Assembly: GCA_963748015.1 (NCBI GenBank)
Contig: CAVVHE010000008.1
Span: forward strand, 352,001-416,000
DNA length: 64,000 bases
Reading direction: 5' to 3'
Source: Terriglobia bacterium
GTDB taxonomy: Bacteria > Acidobacteriota > Polarisedimenticolia > Polarisedimenticolales > JAIQFR01
Shown: piece by piece, positions 58,979-64,000 of the stretch
Layout: each line of letters begins with the position of its first letter
Numbering within the stretch: the first letter of the stretch is position 1
Program-made: the position numbers and the translations under genes
The notes under the pieces: model-generated
What the model was told of the DNA's origin: nothing
Database searches by the model: none
Seen by the model: only the letters and a program-made list of their open reading frames with translations

Positions 58979-59303
58979 CCCCGCACCGCCGCCTCGCCCT
59001 TCGTGAACGAGACCACCGCGCCGCGAGTCGCCTCGAGCATCGAGGCAACGGCGGCCTCCGCGTCGCGCCCCTGCCGCAGGAGCGCGCCGGCCTCCTCGTC
59101 GAGCGCGCGGCGCTGGTCCGCGGCGAGCCGCTCCTCGAGGTCCCGCATGACCGGCCTGAGGCGCTCGATCGCGAGGCCCCGCAGCTCGACGGCTCCCCGG
59201 AGCGCATCCGGATCGTCCTGCGACGCGGCCGCGAGGAGGCTCGACGTGGCCGTACGCACCGCGTCGAGCGCCTCGGCGAGCGGCTGCGGAAGCGCGGCGC
59301 GGA

Positions 59304-59729
59304 TCATCGCGCCGACGCCATTTCCGGAGCGGACGCGTCGGAGAGACGGCGGGCCGCGGCCTCGCGCCACGCCGCGCCCAGCTCCCCCAAGTGGGTGGCG
59401 ACCTCGGCGAACGCCGCGTCGTCGTTGCGAAGGTGCCCCTCGGTGACCCGGCGCAGGAGGTAGGCGTAGAGGCGGTCCATGTTGGCCGCGACCTCGCCGC
59501 CGCGCTCCGTGTCGAGGCTCGCCTGGAGCAAAGACAGGCAGCGCACCACCCTCTGCACCGCCGTGCCCTTCGACGCCATCTGACGCGAGGCGAGGGCGGT
59601 TCTCGCGCGCGCGACGTGGACGAGGGCGATCTCGAACACCCGCGACACGAGCGTCACCGGGTCCGCGGTCCGGATGTCCTGCTCCACGTACGCCGACGCC
59701 GCGTGACCGGCATTGCTCGAGGAAGCCAT
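59304..59729 (-). CDS. fliS: Flagellin chaperone FliS
   Basis: AY..TADPVTLV, LD.E.GGEVAANMDRLYAY and AW motifs. Confidence 0.93.
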   Translation of the reverse strand: MASSSNAGHAASAYVEQDIRTADPVTLVSRVFEIALVHVARARTALASRQMASKGTAVQRVVRCLSLLQASLDTERGGEVAANMDRLYAYLLRRVTEGHLRNDDAAFAEVATHLGELGAAWREAAARRLSDASAPEMASAR

Positions 59730-59742
59730 GCTCACCCTTCTC

Positions 59743-61650
59743 CTATCGGCCCAGGATGCTGCTGAGCTGGGATTGCTGGGCCTGCAGGGACGAAATGGCG
59801 GATTCGGCCGCCGCGAAGCTCCTCGTGAGATACGCCCGGCGCTTCTCGAGGCGGGCATCGATGCGCGAGATCTGGTCGGAGATCCGCTTCAGGTCCTCCT
59901 CGAGAACGTCGCGGGCCGACGCGATCGGGCCCGTGCCGAGCCCCGTCGTCTCGTCGAGCTTCCCGAGGAGCGTGCGGACCAGGCCGCGGGTGTAGGACAG
60001 CGTCCCGAAGTTTCCGCCGTTGGCCGTGACGTCGGCGGCGGTGGCCGTGACCTTCAGGGTCAGTCCGGCGTACGCCCCCCCCTCGGCCGCCGTCAGGTAC
60101 TGGCCCTCGCCCGTGGCGTCCACGCCGCCGATCCGCCCCGCGACGTCCAGGCCGGTGGAGGTCGAGGCGGAGGTGCCGAAGCCGCTTCCCGTGCCGTCGC
60201 CGGGGTCGGCGAGGCTCGAGGTCACCGAGACCGTCGCCGCCGAGCCGAAGTCGCGGCTAGCGATCCGGAGACGGCCGCCGTCGCTCATCGCCGTCGCGGC
60301 GATTCCCGCGGCGCGCAGGGCGGCGTTGACCGCATCCGCCATCGAGCCGATCGTCATGCCGGCGGTCAGCGCGACCGTCGTGCTCCCGCCCGCCGTCGCG
60401 ATCGTCAGGGTCTCGTCGCGTCCCAGCCCGCTTCCCGAGATCGCCGTGCTGCCGGAGACCGACGCCTGCTCGGCCGCGCGCGTGATCTCCACGGCATAGT
60501 CGCCGGAGACCGTGACCGCGGAGGAGCTCTGGTAGCGGATCCGCGGGTCGGTGGACACGCCGGACGCGAGGAACAGGCGGCCGACCTCGTCGAACCGGTC
60601 CTCGAGGAGCGTGCGCAGCGAGCCCGAGTCGAGCGACATCTTCCCGGTGAGGCCGTCGAACGAGACCCCGACGGCCGACAGCGAGCGGATCGCGCCGATC
60701 GGGATCCCCTCGACGCCGCTGGTCACGAGGCCGGCCAGCTCCTGCTGGATCTGCCTCGCCGTGCCGTCGCCGGAGAGGACCCCCGGATTGTCGCGGCTGA
60801 ACTGGGCGTTGAAGAAGTCGATCGCGTCGTTGTAGGCCGTGGAGATGGACTGCACCGCCTTGATCACGCCGTCGAGATCCGGCCGGACCTCGACCGTCAC
60901 GGGGGTCCCCGTCGTCCTCGCGAGCAGGTTGATCGTCGTGCCGGCCACCACCCCCGTGACCTGGTTGCTCGAGGAGGTCACCTGCAAGCCGTCCACCGTC
61001 AGCCGCGCGTCGGCCGCGGCCGCCACCACGTTGCCGGGGTCGGCGAGGCCGAGGTTCGTGGTGTCGGTGATCGCGAGGGCGTGCGAGGCGCCGGTTTCTT
61101 CCGAGCGGACCACGAGGCGGTACCCGGTCCCGTCGTAGAGGACCGCCGCCTCGACCCCCTGGTCGGCGTTGTTGATCGCGTCGCGGACGGCCTCGAGGGA
61201 GTTGTTCCCGGAGGCGGCGCTCACGTTCACCGTGATCGCGGACTTGCCCCCCGCCTGGATCGTGATCGTGCCGTCCGACACGAGACCCTGGTCGGACGCG
61301 GCCACGCCGGCGCTGCGCACCTTGTGGGCGGCCGCGAGGTCGAGGACCTCGATCGAGAAGATGCCGGTCTCGGCCCCGGCTCCCGGTGTTGCGCGGAGGA
61401 ACGAATCGTCGCTCACCTTCGCGGTTCGGCCCCGGAAGGTCACGTCCGCCGAGAGCCCGCGCATCGCGTCCGAGAACGCGCTCAGCTTCGAGCGCATCTG
61501 GTCGAGCGCGGACCTCCGGGCCCGGTAGAGCGTCTGCCTGGACTCGAGCTTGACCGCGGGGCGCCGCTCGGCGTTCAGGATCGCGTCGACGATGGCCTTC
61601 GTGTCGAGGCCGCTGGCCAGGCCGCCGAAGTTGATCGAGCCGATGTCCAT
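59743..61650 (-). CDS. fliD: Filament cap protein FliD
   Basis: GLASGLDT..IV, DARLTVDG..SSSN and C-terminal coiled coil. Confidence 0.93.
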   Translation of the reverse strand: MDIGSINFGGLASGLDTKAIVDAILNAERRPAVKLESRQTLYRARRSALDQMRSKLSAFSDAMRGLSADVTFRGRTAKVSDDSFLRATPGAGAETGIFSIEVLDLAAAHKVRSAGVAASDQGLVSDGTITIQAGGKSAITVNVSAASGNNSLEAVRDAINNADQGVEAAVLYDGTGYRLVVRSEETGASHALAITDTTNLGLADPGNVVAAAADARLTVDGLQVTSSSNQVTGVVAGTTINLLARTTGTPVTVEVRPDLDGVIKAVQSISTAYNDAIDFFNAQFSRDNPGVLSGDGTARQIQQELAGLVTSGVEGIPIGAIRSLSAVGVSFDGLTGKMSLDSGSLRTLLEDRFDEVGRLFLASGVSTDPRIRYQSSSAVTVSGDYAVEITRAAEQASVSGSTAISGSGLGRDETLTIATAGGSTTVALTAGMTIGSMADAVNAALRAAGIAATAMSDGGRLRIASRDFGSAATVSVTSSLADPGDGTGSGFGTSASTSTGLDVAGRIGGVDATGEGQYLTAAEGGAYAGLTLKVTATAADVTANGGNFGTLSYTRGLVRTLLGKLDETTGLGTGPIASARDVLEEDLKRISDQISRIDARLEKRRAYLTRSFAAAESAISSLQAQQSQLSSILGR

Positions 61651-61668
61651 GTTGTCTCTTGTCGCCGA

Positions 61669-62022
61669 TCAGAGCGTGTGGTCGAACAGCACGCCGAACA
61701 TCTCGCGAAAGCGGGACACGAAGGCGAGGTACTCCTCGGGAGGGAACTGACGGACGACCTCGCGGGGAGGGGTATCGCTCGAGTAGATGCGGACGATCAC
61801 ACGGTCGAGGGACTCATCGTAGGAGAATTCGGCGCTGCGGCCGCCGAGCACGATCTTGTTCCCGCCGTCGCGAAGCGCCTCGGCCACCGCCTTGCTCGTC
61901 TCGGCTGAGGATCGCTCCCCGGGTTCCGAGGCCGCGCGGGAGCGGTCTCCCGAGCGGAGCTGACGCGAGCCGACGGGAGGCGCGGCGCCGATGCCGTCCA
62001 CTGCCGGAATGGGAGAGCTCAT
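61669..62022 (-). CDS. flaG: FlaG family protein
   Basis: FSYDE..VIVRI..EVVRQFPPEEYL..GVLFD motifs. Confidence 0.9.
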   Translation of the reverse strand: MSSPIPAVDGIGAAPPVGSRQLRSGDRSRAASEPGERSSAETSKAVAEALRDGGNKIVLGGRSAEFSYDESLDRVIVRIYSSDTPPREVVRQFPPEEYLAFVSRFREMFGVLFDHTL

Positions 62023-62039
62023 GACGACCTCTCTGAGTC

Positions 62040-62073
62040 AAGAAAGGAGGGGCCCCCCGGGGGGGCCCCTCCT
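62040..62073 (-). terminator. Intrinsic terminator / attenuating hairpin between fliC and flaG
   Basis: GC-rich stem AGGAGGGGCCCCCC/GGGGGGCCCCTCCT followed by TTCTT on the minus strand. Confidence 0.75.
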
Positions 62074-62093
62074 CCAGCGAATCGGGGCCCGCG

Positions 62094-62978
62094 CTACCGG
62101 AGCAGCGAGAGCACGCTCTGCGCCGACGCGTTCGCCTGCGCCAGGGCCGACAGCCCGGTCTGGTTGAGCACCTGCCACTTGGTCAGGCTGACGATCTCGC
62201 TCGCCACGTCCGCGTCGCGGATCTGGCTCTCCGCGGCGGCGAGATTCTGGGCCTGCGTTCCGACGACGCTGATCGTCGCGTCGAGGCGGTTGAGCGCCGC
62301 GCCGAGGCCGCCCCTGCGGCTCGCGAGGTCGGCGATCGCCAGGCGGATCTGGTCCAGCTCGGTCTTCGCGCCGGCCTTGGTGTTGAGCGCCGTCGTCGTG
62401 ACGGTCACGCCCGTGCCGGTGCCGGTGAGGCCGAGGCCGCCCGTGGCGGACCCGGTGGCCGTGAGGGCCGAGGTCGTCAGGGTGATGGTGTTCGCCGCGG
62501 CGGTGCCCGACGCGCCGACCTGCACGTCGAACGTGGCGCCCGTGGTGCCCAGCAGGACCTGACCGTTGAAGTCCACCGTCAGGCTGATCCGGTTGATCTC
62601 GCGGAGGATTTCCTGGTACTCGCCGTTGATCGCGGCCTTCGCGCCGCCGCTGTCCGCGCCGGACGTGTCGGACGCCGCCTGCTCGGCCAGGGACACGGCC
62701 CTCTGCAGGAGGGTCGAGACCTCGGAGAGGGCGCCGTCCGTCACCTGCACCACGCTGACGCCGTCGTTGGCGTTACGGACCGCCTGGTTCAGGGCCGCGA
62801 CGTTCGCCTTGAGACCGTCGGCGATGGCAAGACCGGAGGCGTCGTCGGCGGCGGAGTTGATCCGCATGCCGGACGAGAGGCGCTCGAGGGTCTTGGACAG
62901 GCCGACGTTCGTACGGCCGAGGCGGTTGAGGGCGTTCAAGGCACCGATGTTGTTGACGATCGAAAAGCTGCTGGACAT
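62094..62978 (-). CDS. fliC: Flagellin (294 aa, minimal variable region)
   Basis: LERLSSGMRINSAADDASGLAI and NLAAAESQIRDAD motifs; GGAGG RBS before ATG 62978. Confidence 0.97.
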   Translation of the reverse strand: MSSSFSIVNNIGALNALNRLGRTNVGLSKTLERLSSGMRINSAADDASGLAIADGLKANVAALNQAVRNANDGVSVVQVTDGALSEVSTLLQRAVSLAEQAASDTSGADSGGAKAAINGEYQEILREINRISLTVDFNGQVLLGTTGATFDVQVGASGTAAANTITLTTSALTATGSATGGLGLTGTGTGVTVTTTALNTKAGAKTELDQIRLAIADLASRRGGLGAALNRLDATISVVGTQAQNLAAAESQIRDADVASEIVSLTKWQVLNQTGLSALAQANASAQSVLSLLR

Positions 62979-63001
62979 CCTGAAATCCTCCGTGATCGTT
63001 C

Positions 63002-63021
63002 CCGCGGCTTCCTTGCCACGG
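63002..63021 (-). promoter_or_regulatory. Putative CsrA-binding hairpin in the fliC leader
   Basis: CCGUGGC-AAGGAA-GCCGCGG stem-loop with ANGGA in the loop; further GGA motifs overlap the SD. Confidence 0.65.
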
Positions 63022-63088
63022 TGGCCACCGGCGGGGCGGCCCGTCCGCTCGCGGCCGAAACCCACAATGGGTTCCGGCCACGCCTGAG

Positions 63089-63116
63089 TTATCGGCAGCG
63101 GTAGGCGCCGACTTGA
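63089..63116 (-). promoter_or_regulatory. sigma28 promoter of fliC
   Basis: TCAAG-N15-GCCGATAA. Confidence 0.85.
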
Positions 63117-63426
63117 GAAGAAGACGCGATTTGCGGGTCGCCTGGGGATTGTGACATAAGTCATTATTTTATAAGGACTTGCGCCTGTCATTCGCCTTGT
63201 CTTTGCCTTGTCGCCGGGGCGAGAGCGAGCCTGGCCGGGATTCTGACGGGTAGGCCCCCCGCAGTGCCCTCCTCGCGTCGGGGAAGCGGCGTCTCTACCG
63301 GGCTTGCCCTCGGATCTCCATGAAAACAAGGGCAATTCGATCCGGCGGCGCCGTGGTACGCCGGTTGCTCCCCTCGAGGGAGGCGCGGAACGCCGAGAGC
63401 GGAGCGTGCCGCCGGAGGATCCCCTA

Positions 63427-64000
63427 GTGGACTTGAAGCCTCTCTTCAGCGTAGTGATCCCGGCGCACGACGGCCGCGAGCGACTCGCGCTCACCCTCGA
63501 CTCGATCGCGCGGGCGAACTTCGACCTCTCCCGGGTCGAGGTGGTGGTCGTGGACGACGCGTCCACGGACGGCACGATCGAATCCTTCCGCGATCGGAGC
63601 TATCCCTTCCGCTTCTCGATCCACCGCGTCGAGGCTCGGAACCAGTCCGCGGCGACGAACGAGGCGATCCGGCGAGCGTCGGGGACCTACGTCCTCTCGT
63701 CGGCGCAGGACATCCTCTTCCACGAGGACCTGTTCTCGCGACACCTCGCGTGCCACGAGCGTTTCGCCGGCGAGGACGTGGCGGTCCTCGGCTACCTCCC
63801 GTACCCCGAGACCCTGAGCGTCACGCCGTTCCTGTCCTATCTCGTGCAGGGCGGCTTCCAGTTCGCGTACTGGATGATCAAGGACCCGACGAACGTGCCG
63901 CCGGCGTTCCTCTACGCGCCGAACTTCTCCGTGCGGAAGGACGTGATCGACCGCGTCGGCGGCTTCGACGAGGAATTCCCTTACGGGTGCCAGGATTCGG
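63427..64000 (+). CDS. Glycosyltransferase family 2 (partial, runs off the window end)
   Basis: Translated by hand from GTG 63427: FSVVIPAHD, EVVVVDDASTDGT and VGGFDE; GGAGG RBS. Confidence 0.88.
   Translation, partial: MDLKPLFSVVIPAHDGRERLALTLDSIARANFDLSRVEVVVVDDASTDGTIESFRDRSYPFRFSIHRVEARNQSAATNEAIRRASGTYVLSSAQDILFHEDLFSRHLACHERFAGEDVAVLGYLPYPETLSVTPFLSYLVQGGFQFAYWMIKDPTNVPPAFLYAPNFSVRKDVIDRVGGFDEEFPYGCQDS

Noticed and set aside
62979..63575. N-terminal extension of flagellin in the 493-aa ORF call
   Set aside because: It spans the sigma28 promoter and leader; the RBS and conserved N-terminus place the start at 62978.

Overview
Very GC-rich bacterial window. A diderm Acidobacteriota-like origin is my inference from gene style; no marker gene is present to confirm it. 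1-8 kb: GH78 alpha-L-rhamnosidase (partial, frameshifted), beta-propeller/phosphoesterase, DUF1579 protein and a TMTC-like membrane/TPR protein. 8-16.7 kb: type IV minor-pilin set (FimT/PilV/PilW/PilX-like) followed by an FAD oxidoreductase, a GT-C-like membrane protein and a methyltransferase, plus a divergent SGNH hydrolase. 16.7-63 kb: an essentially complete flagellar supercluster (flgA-N, fliA/C-T/W, flhABFG, motAB, flaG, flbD, csrA, FleQ- and FleSR-like regulators) with no chemotaxis genes. Its promoter hierarchy can be read from the DNA: one sigma70, six sigma54 and five sigma28 sites, plus a phased tandem dyad upstream of four sigma54 promoters. The most unusual element is the stator operon fliL-flbD-motA-motB continuing into an MglA-type GTPase fused to a GAF-like domain, an orphan MshEN-PilB/GspE ATPase and an HDOD protein. 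In the same cluster FliM has a degenerate CheY-binding peptide. Four single-base indels (GH78, pilX x2, flgM) may be assembly errors. A partial GT2 gene ends the window.
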